From Clostridiales bacterium UBA1206 (GTDB taxonomy: Bacteria; Bacillota; Clostridia; Oscillospirales; CAG-382), in contig DBXS01000011.1 in the NCBI GenBank assembly GCA_002310055.1, positions 1-60,721 of the forward strand: a stretch of 60,721 nt of DNA. Reading direction: 5' to 3'. Positions within the stretch are counted from its first letter, which is position 1. Each line of letters opens with the position of its first letter. Positions 1 to 10,035 of this stretch are shown here, one piece after another. The notes below the pieces were generated by a model. That model did not search any database. It had not been told where the DNA came from and worked only from the letters and a program-made list of their open reading frames with translations. The position numbers and the translations under genes are program-made.

Positions 1-2
1 AG

Positions 3-149
3 GCAGCAATTCAGGTCAGGAATCGGGGCATGGTGGACCGGTCTGATCTGGTGGTGTGCTATGTCGAACATGAGACAGGCGGGGCATATCAAACAAAGGC
101 TTATGCTGAGAAAAGCGGCAAGACTGTAATCAACCTCGCCGACGACTAA
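3..149 (+). CDS. 3' end of a SLOG/DUF1273(YspA)-like protein (runs off window start)
   Basis: Own translation AAIQVRNRGMVDRSDLVVCYVEHETGGAYQTKAYAEKSGKTVINLADD*; RNxxMVDxSD...GG...A...K.VIN pattern typical of the SLOG C-terminus. Confidence 0.65.
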   Translation, partial: AAIQVRNRGMVDRSDLVVCYVEHETGGAYQTKAYAEKSGKTVINLADD

Positions 150-243
150 ACATTTAATTATTCCGCACTTTTTAATTATTCCTCCGACAGCCGGTTTTGA
201 GGGGTAAGTTTCAAAGGCCACTGAATCGGCCAGCAACAATCGA

Positions 244-358
244 ATAAACAGAAAAAGGGCTTCCGAAGCTCTGCTGTAAAACACAGCGGAACCTCGAAAG
301 CCCTTTATTTCAAGCCTTTTTCAGCACTTATGTGCCGGAGAAGGCTTTTTCTGTTTGT
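244..358 (+). other. Three-way-junction inverted-repeat structure, probable end of an integrated element
   Basis: Outer stem 246-254/348-356; arm 255-266/294-305 with apex 270-277/283-290; arm 312-327/332-347; lies immediately before the truncated hsdM. Confidence 0.6.
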
Positions 359-1504
359 ATCAAAGACAGCGTCTTTATAGATCCCGCCTGCGGTTCGGGC
401 GGTATGTTCGTCCAGGCGGCGCGTTATATGCACGCACACAATGCAAGCGAATCCGAGCAGATGAAATTCCGCTGCTACGGCGTTGAAAAAGAGCCGGACA
501 CTGTCAAGCTTGCAAAAATGAACCTGCTGCTCAACAAAGTTCGAGGCGAAATAACAGAAGCGAACTCGTTCTATTCCGATCCATATAACGCTTTCGGCGC
601 GTTTGATTACGTTATGGCAAATCCGCCTTTCAACGTTGACGAGGTCGTGGTCGAGAAAGTCATTGGAGACAACAGATTCAACACCTACGGCGTGCCGAGA
701 AATTCCTCCACTTCAGCAAAGAAGAAATCCGACAAAAAAGAAACCGTACCGAACGCAAACTATCTGTGGATCGGTTATTTCGCCACGGCTTTGAACGAAC
801 ACGGCAAAGCCGCGCTCGTTATGGCAAACTCCGCCTCCGACGCCGGCAAGAGCGAATACGAGATCCGCAAGAAGATGATCGAAGAAGGTGTTATCAGTCA
901 GATGGTCACGCTGCCGTCAAATATGTTTTCATCGGTCACGCTGCCCGCAACGCTGTGGTTCTTCGATAAAAACAAGCCGCAGACGGATAAAAAGGACGAG
1001 ATCCTGTTTATTGACGCGCGCAATACTTTTACTCAGGTCGACCGGGCTCATCGCAAGTTCAGCGACGAGCAGATCAAAAACCTCGGTATCATCACCCGTC
1101 TGTATCAGGGAGATACTGGCGCCTTTACCGCGCTGATCGAAGAGTATAAAAAAGCGATGGCGGAGGCGCCGGAGGAAGCCGAAGATAAGGAAACGAAAAC
1201 CGGAGCATACTGGCAGAGCCAGATCGACTGGCTGACCGAGCGCTTCCCGGATGGCGTCTACCGCGACGTTATAGGTCTCTGCAAAGTTGCGAAACTCGAC
1301 GGCGAGGACGGTATCATCGATCAGGATTACTCGCTCAACGCCGGGCGCTACGTCGGCGTCGTTATTGAAGACGACGGCATGACAGAAACCGAGTTTAAAG
1401 AAACGATGATCGGGTTGAACGCGGAGTTTGAAGCTTTGAACGAAGAGGCAAAAAAGCTAGAAGAGCAAATCGCGGAGAATATCAAGGCGCTGTTTGGTGA
1501 ATGA
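332..1504 (+). pseudogene. hsdM: Type I R-M methyltransferase subunit, 5'-truncated (homology begins about 375)
   Basis: DPACGSGGMF (motif I) only about 15 codons from the ORF start, NPPF catalytic motif, LNAGRYV C-terminal motif; the usual N-terminal HsdM domain is missing; the GTG start is buried in a hairpin with no RBS. Confidence 0.8.
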
Positions 1505-2700
1505 ATATGTTAATGAAAATCACTTTTGATGAATTTGTTCGACTCAACAGAGGATTTGATTTGCCTGATAGCGATATAGTTTCAGGAGAATATCCTGTCG
1601 TAGCATCGACAAATATTAAGGCTTATCATAATGAATATAAGGTTGAACCGCCAGTAGTTGTTACAGGCAGATCTGGAAGTCTTGGGAGTGTACAATACAT
1701 TACAAAAAAATGCTGGCCGTTGAATACATCCTTATATGCTAAGGACTATCGAGGCAACAACCCTCAATATGTTTATTATTTTTTGCAGACAATGCATCTT
1801 GAACAATACAATGCAGGAGCCGGTGTTCCTACTCTGAATCAAAATCATTTGCAAAGGCTGAAAATAAACGTTCACAATAAAGAAGAGCAAGGTAAAGTGG
1901 TTGCCATCCTCTCCGCCTACGACAACCTGATTGAAACCAACAACAAACGAATCAAGGTTTTGGAGCAGATGGCGGAAAATCTGTATAAAGAGTGGTTCGT
2001 CCGCTTCCGCTTTCCCGGTAACGAAACCGTGGAGTTTGAAAACAGCAAACTTGGAAGGATTCCTTCATCCTTCTCCATAGTCAAAATGCAAGATGCATTT
2101 GATTATTATATTGGTGGAGGATGGGGAAATGATGATGAAGATAAAGAGTTTTCGGTTGAAGCATATGTGATTAGAGGAACAGATTTTCCTCGTGTTTCAA
2201 GAGGTGATGTATCATCTTGCCCTTTGAGATACCACAAAAAGAGCAATTATGTTGCTCGAGAACTAAAACCTGACGATATCATTCTTGAAGTGTCGGGTGG
2301 GACATCAGATCAACCCGTGGGAAGAACTTTACTGGTAACATCTGAAGTTATTGAACAATTAGAAAGAAAAGTGATTTGTGCCAGCTTTTGCAAACAGATT
2401 AGAGTAAATACAGAAGTTGTTTCACCTATATACTTTTTCTACTGGATGCAGTTTCTATATGAGACACGGATAATAGAAAGATTTCAGCTACAATCAACCG
2501 GCATAATTAACTTTCAATTTGATTATTTCCTAAGAAAAGGCGATTTAATGCTTCCGACAAAAGAAATAATGGATTCTTTTGAGTCATTGATACGACCAAT
2601 ACACAAGGAAATAGCATCAATAGCAAAAGAAAACGCAAACCTCATCAAACAGCGCGATTTGCTTTTGCCGCGCTTGATGAGCGGAAAGCTGGAGGTATAG
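1501..2700 (+). CDS. hsdS: Type I R-M specificity subunit
   Basis: Two AT-rich TRDs separated by the conserved ILSAYDNLIE...LYKEWFVRFRFPG spacer; ends RDLLLPRLMSGKLEV; ATGA overlap with hsdM. Confidence 0.95.
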   Translation: MNMLMKITFDEFVRLNRGFDLPDSDIVSGEYPVVASTNIKAYHNEYKVEPPVVVTGRSGSLGSVQYITKKCWPLNTSLYAKDYRGNNPQYVYYFLQTMHLEQYNAGAGVPTLNQNHLQRLKINVHNKEEQGKVVAILSAYDNLIETNNKRIKVLEQMAENLYKEWFVRFRFPGNETVEFENSKLGRIPSSFSIVKMQDAFDYYIGGGWGNDDEDKEFSVEAYVIRGTDFPRVSRGDVSSCPLRYHKKSNYVARELKPDDIILEVSGGTSDQPVGRTLLVTSEVIEQLERKVICASFCKQIRVNTEVVSPIYFFYWMQFLYETRIIERFQLQSTGIINFQFDYFLRKGDLMLPTKEIMDSFESLIRPIHKEIASIAKENANLIKQRDLLLPRLMSGKLEV

Positions 2701-2701
2701 A

Positions 2702-4297
2702 ATGGGTGAACAATTTGAAGTGTTAAAACAAGCAGAAGGATTACGCAAGTATTTAACCTTGGAACCTCCTATGCCAGACGGCGTTTTAATGCCTCGGTTA
2801 AAAACTATTTATTCAAAGCCAGAGTTTATAAGATGGAAAGAGAACGCAATATATCAATTGCAAACATTAAAACAAGAACCGATAATAGCTGAAACAATAG
2901 AGCTTATAAATGGTTTTAATGGTTGGAGTGATGAGTCTGATTTTGAAAAATTGCTATCGAAAATAGATGTTATTATTCGTAATTCATCAGATTTTACTGT
3001 GGAGGATAAAATAGAAAATATGCCACAAACACATCTTGGAAAAGATACAATCATTCATACCGCTTTTGACGATTATAAGCTTATTAATCAGATTGGTTCC
3101 GGTGGTAACGGACGAGTATTCGCTGCGCAAAACAATGATGGCGAAAAACGTGCTATCAAATTTATTGAAAAAGACAGTTCCAAGCAAAAACTGAAACGTT
3201 TTAAAAATGAAATATATTTTTGTGAACATCATAAACATAAAAATATCGTTCCGGTATTAGATCGTGGACAGGCTTTTTTAGACGGTAAAGATTTTGTGTT
3301 TTATGTAATGCCCCAATATGCAGACACTCTAAAGGATAAAATCAGAACGGGCATTCCAGCGGATAAAGTGCTTGACATTTTTGTTGGGCTGTTGGAGGGC
3401 TTGAAATATGCCCACGAACACGGTACTATTCATAGAGATATTAAGCCGGAGAATATATTGTTTGCAAAAGATAGTTTTGAGCCGGTCATTTGCGACTTTG
3501 GTATTGCACATTTTTCAGAAGATGAGTTACTAACTATTGTTGAAACCAAAGCAACTGACAGAATGGCGAATTTTCAATATGCTGCACCCGAGCAACGCAA
3601 AAGAGGCGGTAATGTATGTTTTCAAACAGATATATATGCACTTGCTTTGATTTTAAACGAGATGTTTACAGGGGAAATACCGCAAGCCGCAGATCATAAA
3701 AGAATTGAGACCGTAAATCCGGACTATAAGTATTTGGACGACTTATTTGATATGTTGTTTAAGCAAGAGCCGAATGATAGACTCTATCCCGAAGTTTTGA
3801 TTCTTAACGAGCTTAATGTTTTAGCGGAACTATATCAGCGTGAAGCAGAAAAAGAAAAACTAAAAGCTACAATCAACGAGGTCATTGAGCCGGAGAATTT
3901 TGATCCGTCCATTCAAAACGTCTACCCCAAAAATGGACGTTTACATATTACATTTAACACAGTTTTACCAGATGAATGGTTTTGGATTCTAAGAAATGGA
4001 GAATATAGTCACATGCATATCATGGGGTATGAACCAACTACTCTTCAAAAAAATAGCGAAAACGAGATTTCATTGCCTCTTAAAGGCGGTGAAAGTCAAG
4101 ATATAATCAAATCCTTGATAAGAAATGTGAAAGAATGGTCTGCAACTGTGAGCCGTGAGTATTCGCAGGAATTAAAACGCAAAGCGATTGCAGAACAAAG
4201 GAAAAAAGAAGAAGCTAGAATGAAAGAAATAAGGAGAATTGAAGAAGAAGAGAGAATGAGATCAACGATTAATGACGTATTGAAGGAAATTTTATAA
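2702..4297 (+). CDS. Hanks-type Ser/Thr protein kinase with unknown N- and C-terminal domains
   Basis: GSGGNG, AIK, HRDIKPEN, DFG, APE and DIYAL motifs; no TM or PASTA; charged helical C-terminus; AT-rich. Confidence 0.93.
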   Translation: MGEQFEVLKQAEGLRKYLTLEPPMPDGVLMPRLKTIYSKPEFIRWKENAIYQLQTLKQEPIIAETIELINGFNGWSDESDFEKLLSKIDVIIRNSSDFTVEDKIENMPQTHLGKDTIIHTAFDDYKLINQIGSGGNGRVFAAQNNDGEKRAIKFIEKDSSKQKLKRFKNEIYFCEHHKHKNIVPVLDRGQAFLDGKDFVFYVMPQYADTLKDKIRTGIPADKVLDIFVGLLEGLKYAHEHGTIHRDIKPENILFAKDSFEPVICDFGIAHFSEDELLTIVETKATDRMANFQYAAPEQRKRGGNVCFQTDIYALALILNEMFTGEIPQAADHKRIETVNPDYKYLDDLFDMLFKQEPNDRLYPEVLILNELNVLAELYQREAEKEKLKATINEVIEPENFDPSIQNVYPKNGRLHITFNTVLPDEWFWILRNGEYSHMHIMGYEPTTLQKNSENEISLPLKGGESQDIIKSLIRNVKEWSATVSREYSQELKRKAIAEQRKKEEARMKEIRRIEEEERMRSTINDVLKEIL

Positions 4298-4334
4298 ATA
4301 AAAGTAAATGATATAATAAAAGGCGGTGAAGAAT

Positions 4335-4859
4335 ATGCTTCTTGACGGATACTGGAAAAGAGACTTAATCAAATTCATGCGGCAGCTTATATTCTGGAGC
4401 CGCCGTGGTGGATCCATAATGCAAAAATACGCCGAACACCGGATAAATCGCTACCTTCTTTTCTCCGCCGCTATTATCCGCAAAATCGTTGAGGACGAAG
4501 AGGATGCCAAGAAGATCATAAAAAAGCATCAGATGCATATGCCGCCGCTGCTGGTCCTGAAGATAAATATACCTGTTACACGCTATCAGCATATGGATGA
4601 GGACAAATTCTTTGTCAATTCCCGGGTATTTCTTGACGATTATGATCTGAAAAACGGACGCGCGGACACTATACCGCTTATGCAGGTTTGTAATCAAATC
4701 ATCCATTCGTACACCTGGGCCGTTGTCCATTATGGGAAACGTAGAATACATGGAGTGCTGGTCGCATCTGATCGAGAAAAAGAAAAGGACATTATTTTAC
4801 TCACTGTTTCCGATTGGATCAGATCGATCCAGAAAGTAATAGAAGATGCTAACATATAA
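4335..4859 (+). CDS. Hypothetical protein (possible HEPN-like helical fold)
   Basis: ORF between kinase and hsdR; CNQIIHS resembles the HEPN R/N-x4-H signature but lacks the Arg; alternative GTG start at 4326. Confidence 0.7.
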   Translation: MLLDGYWKRDLIKFMRQLIFWSRRGGSIMQKYAEHRINRYLLFSAAIIRKIVEDEEDAKKIIKKHQMHMPPLLVLKINIPVTRYQHMDEDKFFVNSRVFLDDYDLKNGRADTIPLMQVCNQIIHSYTWAVVHYGKRRIHGVLVASDREKEKDIILLTVSDWIRSIQKVIEDANI

Positions 4860-4873
4860 AGGGGGGACGCATT

Positions 4874-7800
4874 ATGCGTAACTTCATTTCCGAAGACGAT
4901 ATAGAACAGGCGATACTGCAAAAGCTGCAGGGAGAGCCGTTCAAATACGATATATTGCGATGTGACGCGTCGCCGGACAAGCGCGAGCTGCTCCCCGACG
5001 GTACAGGCAGAAAGAACAAAAAAGAATGCGTTCTTCCGCTTGTGCTCCGGGATGCTTTGACGCGCCTCAATCCCGGTATTCCCGGTGATAAACTTGACGA
5101 TATCGCCCGTGATCTGTCCCGTGATTTTACCGGCTCGGATTTGACGGACGTCAACTACAGATATTACAATCAGATAAGAAACGGAGTTAAGATCTCTTTG
5201 CGCAGAAACGCCAAGGAAGACTTTGACTTTGTAAAACTGGTAGATTATGAACATCCGGAAAACAACACGTTTACTGCAGTTTCTCAGATGTGGATCCAGG
5301 GACGCGTTTATTGGCGCCGCCCGGACGTTCTTGTCTTTGTCAACGGTCTTCCGATGGTTTTCATCGAGCTGAAAAACAGCATTGTAAAGGTCGAGGAAGC
5401 ATATAACGATAACCTCAAAAACTACCTGCGGGATATCCCCAACCTGTTTGCGTTCAACCAGATCTGCGTCCTTTCAAACGGACTCGAAACGAGACTCGGT
5501 GCTTTCAACGCCACATACAGTCATTTTTTTGAATGGCTCAAAGTCGAATCAGAAAAAGAGCGCCCAAACAGGAAAGCAATCCATGAAGCCGCGAGCGTCG
5601 GCGAAAGTTCCGTGCGGTATTTCATAGACGGCTTACTGCAAAAAGACCGGCTGATCGATTACATAGAAAACTTTATCATGTTCCGCGATCAGAAAGATAA
5701 AATCATAGCCAAGAACCACCAGTATTTCGGTGTAAATAATCTGATGGAATCGGTAAAGAACCGTGCGGAGCTGCAGGGCAAACTGGGCGTTTTCTGGCAC
5801 ACGCAGGGCTCCGGCAAATCATTCTCCATGGTGTTTTTTGCCCGCAAGGTGCGGCGGAAGATCAATGGCAATTTCACCTTCCTCGTCATCACCGACCGTG
5901 AGGATCTGGATGATCAGATCCATAAGAATTTCGTTAAAACCGAAGTGATCGGATCAAAGGAAGAATGCCAACCGAAAGACGGAAAACAGCTGCGTGAGTA
6001 TCTGAAAACAAATAAATCGTTTATTTTTACGCTTATACACAAGTTCCGCTACGACAAGGGAAAGAAATACCCCGTTCTTTCTATGCGTGACGATATCATT
6101 GTGATGGTGGATGAAGCGCACCGTACGCAGTACAAGGATTTGGCGGAAAATATGCGTACGGCGCTGCCGAACGCCAATTATATCGCATTTACCGGCACTC
6201 CGCTGCTTGGCAGCAAACGTCTGACAAATCAATGGTTCGGCAACTACGTTTCCGAGTACAACTTTGCACAGTCTGTCGAGGACGGATCTACCGTTCCTCT
6301 GTTCTATTCGCGCCGCGTGCCCGAAGTGGGGCTTGAGAACGATTTTCTTGACGATGACGTTGTCGATATTATCGAGGATGAAAACCTGAATGAAGATGAA
6401 ACCAGGCTACTCGAAAACTCCGCTTCGCGTATACTTGAGGTAATAAAGCGCGAAGATCGCATCGACAAGATCGCGCAGGATATTGCCCATCATTTCCCGC
6501 GTCGCGGTTTCCTTGGGAAAGGCATGGTCGTATCTGTCGATAAATATACTACGGTAAAGATGTACGACAAAGTGCAGCATTACTGGGCGATCGAAAAGCA
6601 AAAGATCGTTCAGGAGCGCAATTCGGCTGATACAAAGGAAAAGCGCGACGAACTAACGAGAATTCTTAACTATATGAACTCCGTTGAAATGGCGGTCATC
6701 GTTTCTGAAGAAGCGGACGAAAATGAGAAGTTCCAAAAGCAAGGGCTTGATATTGCCACACACAGACAGAAGATGAATATGATTACGCCTGAAGGGCTGG
6801 ACATTGAAGATCGGTTCAAATTGCCGTATGATCCATTGCAGCTCGTTTTCGTTTGTGCCATGTGGCTTACCGGCTTCGATGTGGAGAACCTCTCCACCCT
6901 CTATTTGGATAAGCCGATGAAAGGTCACACGCTGATGCAGGCCATCGCTCGCGCCAACCGCGTATTTCCTGGCAAGCCCTGCGGAATCGTTGTCGATTAC
7001 GTCAATGTGTTCAAATACATGCAGAAGGCGCTGACCGAATACGCATCCGGCGACGACGGCACTGAGTTCCCGGCGAAGGATATCGATCAGCTGATCGTTC
7101 TTATCAACGCTGCCGTTGACGAAGCGGATGAGTTCTTGCTTGGGCTTGGCATTGACATTGGCGCTATTATTTCCGAAGCGTCGACACTTGATCGTTTGGA
7201 CCTGTTGCGTGACGCATATGACGTCATCGTCTCAAACGACGAAAACAAGGACAAGTTCAAGGTGATTCTCAATACGCTGATGAATCTTTACGAGGCCTCC
7301 CGTCCGGAGATTTTTGAGAAAAACTGGAGCAACGAAAAGTTCTCGCCGCTGGCGTATTTATACGGGTTGTTCTGTCATACCATCGATGATGAGAAGATCA
7401 ACCGTGCGAGGATCCGTATGGCGCATGTGCTGGATACCAGCGTTTCTTCCGGACAGGCGGAAGATAATAATGAAGGTCTGGTGATTCATCAGGGAAAGGT
7501 CATAGATCTTTCAAAGGTTGATGTCGAAGAACTGAAAAAAGAGATCAAGGTCGCAAAATATAAGGCGGTGGAAATCGATGATCTGAAAGCGTTTATTGAA
7601 CAGGCGCTTCAGCAGATGCTCACCCGTAACTGCACGAGGCAGAAGTTCTCACAACGTTTCCGCAATATTATTGATCGATACAATGCCGGCGGATCCGAAA
7701 ATGAGGACTACTATGAACAGCTCTTACAGCTTATCGAGGATCTGAAATCGGAAGAGAAACGTCCGGATGCCGAGGGCTTGTCTGAGGAAGAACTAGAAAT

Positions 7801-8092
7801 CTACGATTTGCTGATCGCCGGGAAGAAACTCACAAAAGAAGAGGAACAGAAAGTTAAACTGTCGGCAAAGAATCTGTTTAAGAAGCTGACGGCGGAAAAG
7901 GCGGAACTGATGGTTGTCGACTGGTACAAAGACGAACAGCCGCGGGCAAAAGTAAAAACTGCGATCGAAACTTCGTTGGATGCAGATTTGCCGATCTCAT
8001 ACGATAAGGAAACATTTGCAGTGAAAATCGATCTCCTGCTGACACACTTTATTGACATGGCCGTCCAGGGATACGGCTGGGTTGTTGCATAA
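4874..8092 (+). CDS. hsdR: Type I R-M restriction subunit
   Basis: RRPD...IELK nuclease motif, HTQGSGKS Walker A, DEAHR, FTGTP, QAIARANR; 1072 aa. Confidence 0.97.
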   Translation: MRNFISEDDIEQAILQKLQGEPFKYDILRCDASPDKRELLPDGTGRKNKKECVLPLVLRDALTRLNPGIPGDKLDDIARDLSRDFTGSDLTDVNYRYYNQIRNGVKISLRRNAKEDFDFVKLVDYEHPENNTFTAVSQMWIQGRVYWRRPDVLVFVNGLPMVFIELKNSIVKVEEAYNDNLKNYLRDIPNLFAFNQICVLSNGLETRLGAFNATYSHFFEWLKVESEKERPNRKAIHEAASVGESSVRYFIDGLLQKDRLIDYIENFIMFRDQKDKIIAKNHQYFGVNNLMESVKNRAELQGKLGVFWHTQGSGKSFSMVFFARKVRRKINGNFTFLVITDREDLDDQIHKNFVKTEVIGSKEECQPKDGKQLREYLKTNKSFIFTLIHKFRYDKGKKYPVLSMRDDIIVMVDEAHRTQYKDLAENMRTALPNANYIAFTGTPLLGSKRLTNQWFGNYVSEYNFAQSVEDGSTVPLFYSRRVPEVGLENDFLDDDVVDIIEDENLNEDETRLLENSASRILEVIKREDRIDKIAQDIAHHFPRRGFLGKGMVVSVDKYTTVKMYDKVQHYWAIEKQKIVQERNSADTKEKRDELTRILNYMNSVEMAVIVSEEADENEKFQKQGLDIATHRQKMNMITPEGLDIEDRFKLPYDPLQLVFVCAMWLTGFDVENLSTLYLDKPMKGHTLMQAIARANRVFPGKPCGIVVDYVNVFKYMQKALTEYASGDDGTEFPAKDIDQLIVLINAAVDEADEFLLGLGIDIGAIISEASTLDRLDLLRDAYDVIVSNDENKDKFKVILNTLMNLYEASRPEIFEKNWSNEKFSPLAYLYGLFCHTIDDEKINRARIRMAHVLDTSVSSGQAEDNNEGLVIHQGKVIDLSKVDVEELKKEIKVAKYKAVEIDDLKAFIEQALQQMLTRNCTRQKFSQRFRNIIDRYNAGGSENEDYYEQLLQLIEDLKSEEKRPDAEGLSEEELEIYDLLIAGKKLTKEEEQKVKLSAKNLFKKLTAEKAELMVVDWYKDEQPRAKVKTAIETSLDADLPISYDKETFAVKIDLLLTHFIDMAVQGYGWVVA

Positions 8093-8160
8093 AGATTGAT
8101 ATTAAATAATATGGAATGGTTCTTAATAGTCATAAAAGACTGCTCTTTTTATAATTAACC

Positions 8161-8193
8161 CCCGCCAGGGACTCTTTGTCACTTAGGCGGGGG
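8161..8193. terminator. GC-rich hairpin between convergent hsdR and 8250-8843 genes
   Basis: CCCGCC...GGCGGG inverted repeat; long loop and weak U-tract. Confidence 0.4.
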
Positions 8194-8249
8194 CGAAATA
8201 GAGCTATATTAATAATAACGGCGTCGATAGGATACGGTTCTTTCGACAA

Positions 8250-8843
8250 TCAATAGAACATGCAGTTGTCGAGATATCCCGCGGCGTCGGCGAATCCGGG
8301 CGAATCGGGATCTGTGCAGTAGTCGAACTCCTCGCGCTCCTCGTCGTCCCAGATATCCGCGCAGCGGTCGATCCTGAACGCGCGGAACTCTTCGATCCCT
8401 TTGCACAGGACTATTTCGTATTCATCGCCGGCGGTCGAGGCGTATACGGAATTGAACTTTTCAAGAAAAGCTTTTACGTCGCGGTACTCGATACGCGAGC
8501 TCATTATGGCTTCGATCTCGTTCCACAGCTTTTTATCCTTTGCTGCGCAGGGGACGCCGGCTTCTATGCAGCTTTCAAGCTCCTCGTTGAGGTCGGCGCC
8601 GCGGTTGAACGGATCGATATCTTTCTTAAGGTCTCCGAGTATCGCGTCCCTTACGTAGATGTGCTTGATCAGGCCGACCGCTTCGCGCAGAGATCTGAAA
8701 TAGCATATACGCACGGCCTGGATCGAATCGGGAAGGGCAGAGGTGTATCGGAAATAGAGGTAGTAGCCGTCGGGGCGGGGTCTTGCGCTGCCGCGAGATT
8801 CCATGTAGTGTTCCCAGTAACGAACGTCGTCGAACTTATTCAT
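8250..8843 (-). CDS. Hypothetical protein
   Basis: 197 aa ORF with GGAGG RBS; last gene of the FtsH-like/hydrolase run; no recognisable motif. Confidence 0.75.
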   Translation of the reverse strand: MNKFDDVRYWEHYMESRGSARPRPDGYYLYFRYTSALPDSIQAVRICYFRSLREAVGLIKHIYVRDAILGDLKKDIDPFNRGADLNEELESCIEAGVPCAAKDKKLWNEIEAIMSSRIEYRDVKAFLEKFNSVYASTAGDEYEIVLCKGIEEFRAFRIDRCADIWDDEEREEFDYCTDPDSPGFADAAGYLDNCMFY

Positions 8844-8891
8844 TTTTTTTCCTCCGTTTGCGCCGCCTTCAGGGCGGCGATTTTTTTATGT

Positions 8892-10025
8892 TTACTTATC
8901 CAAAGAGTCGATAAATCTTTTGATTATCTCACCGCACTCTGTCTGCCTCTGCATATAGATGGGTTGTATTCCGGGAAGGAGAACTATTTCACAGTTGCCG
9001 AGCTTTTCGAGGTAAGGATACAGTTCTTTCCGCCTTTTCTTTTCGTACTTACCAAGCAGCTCTTTGACCTGTTCGTCGTCTTTGCTCAACGTAAAAGCAG
9101 GTGTGTCATAGCCGTCTTTTTCGTCCTGCCTTTTTATCCATTCATATCGGGCGACCAGATCATCATACGTTTGAAATCCCCATTCCGAACAGATATACAG
9201 TTTGGGAATATCGGTCCGGACGATGTTATCGAGCGCTTCTTTTGTGTTTTGTTCCGCCAGCTCTGCTTCGCTTAATGGAGCAATGCTGTCGTCCGTCATA
9301 TACATAAGCGCGTTGCCAAGCAGGATCTCTTCTTCCGAAAAGCTTTCGGGAAATATGTAATTGCGAAAACGGCAGTATCCCAGCTTTTGAATAAATACGT
9401 GGATTTTTGACTCCGTATCCGTTTTTTCGTATTCTTGCCCGCAGCACCAACATAAGCCGCTATAGAATTCGATCCCGTCGATCAAGACGATCGCTTCAAT
9501 CTCGTCGGGATACCTGTACGACCAGTAGATGGCGTACGCGCCGCCGATCCCCTGTGGCATGAGGACGTAGGGAGCTTCAAGTCCTGCGTTTTTTAACGCC
9601 TTGCGGTAATCTTCCACAATATTTTCGGTAGTCATTGCCATGTCGGTATCGTCGCTCAGACCGTATCCAGCCCGATCGACGAACACCACAAGATCGTCTT
9701 TTTCAATGACGCTTGTCATTTGCCGTTCTGTCACCGAGTAATCGCCGTTTTTCAGTCCCGATATCGATACTATGGTGTGCTTTCCGTTGGGATTGCCGAA
9801 TATGGTGACGTTCAATGAATGATCTCCGACCGAAACGGGGTTATAGTAACCTTTTTCTTTAAGCAGGTCAAGTTCGTTTGACGTCTTGATCCTGTGGTAA
9901 ACGAACGTGCCTGCCGTGAGAAGAAGTACGGCGATGACAATGATCAGTATTAATTGAATAACGAGTTTGCCGGTTTTTTTCAATATCGCGGCCGCCTGAC
10001 CGCGAACGGGTTTTGTATTATCCAT
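8892..10025 (-). CDS. Membrane-anchored alpha/beta-hydrolase-fold protein, catalytic residues apparently lost
   Basis: N-terminal TM helix; VDRAGYGLSD and YPDEIEAIVLIDG; nucleophile elbow reads PQGIGG; GGAGG RBS before ATG 10025. Confidence 0.85.
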   Translation of the reverse strand: MDNTKPVRGQAAAILKKTGKLVIQLILIIVIAVLLLTAGTFVYHRIKTSNELDLLKEKGYYNPVSVGDHSLNVTIFGNPNGKHTIVSISGLKNGDYSVTERQMTSVIEKDDLVVFVDRAGYGLSDDTDMAMTTENIVEDYRKALKNAGLEAPYVLMPQGIGGAYAIYWSYRYPDEIEAIVLIDGIEFYSGLCWCCGQEYEKTDTESKIHVFIQKLGYCRFRNYIFPESFSEEEILLGNALMYMTDDSIAPLSEAELAEQNTKEALDNIVRTDIPKLYICSEWGFQTYDDLVARYEWIKRQDEKDGYDTPAFTLSKDDEQVKELLGKYEKKRRKELYPYLEKLGNCEIVLLPGIQPIYMQRQTECGEIIKRFIDSLDK

Positions 10026-10035
10026 TTTACCTCCC

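Noticed and set aside
1501-2700. Invertible hsdS shufflon
   Set aside because: Only one hsdS, with no silent TRD cassettes, flanking inverted repeats or invertase in the window
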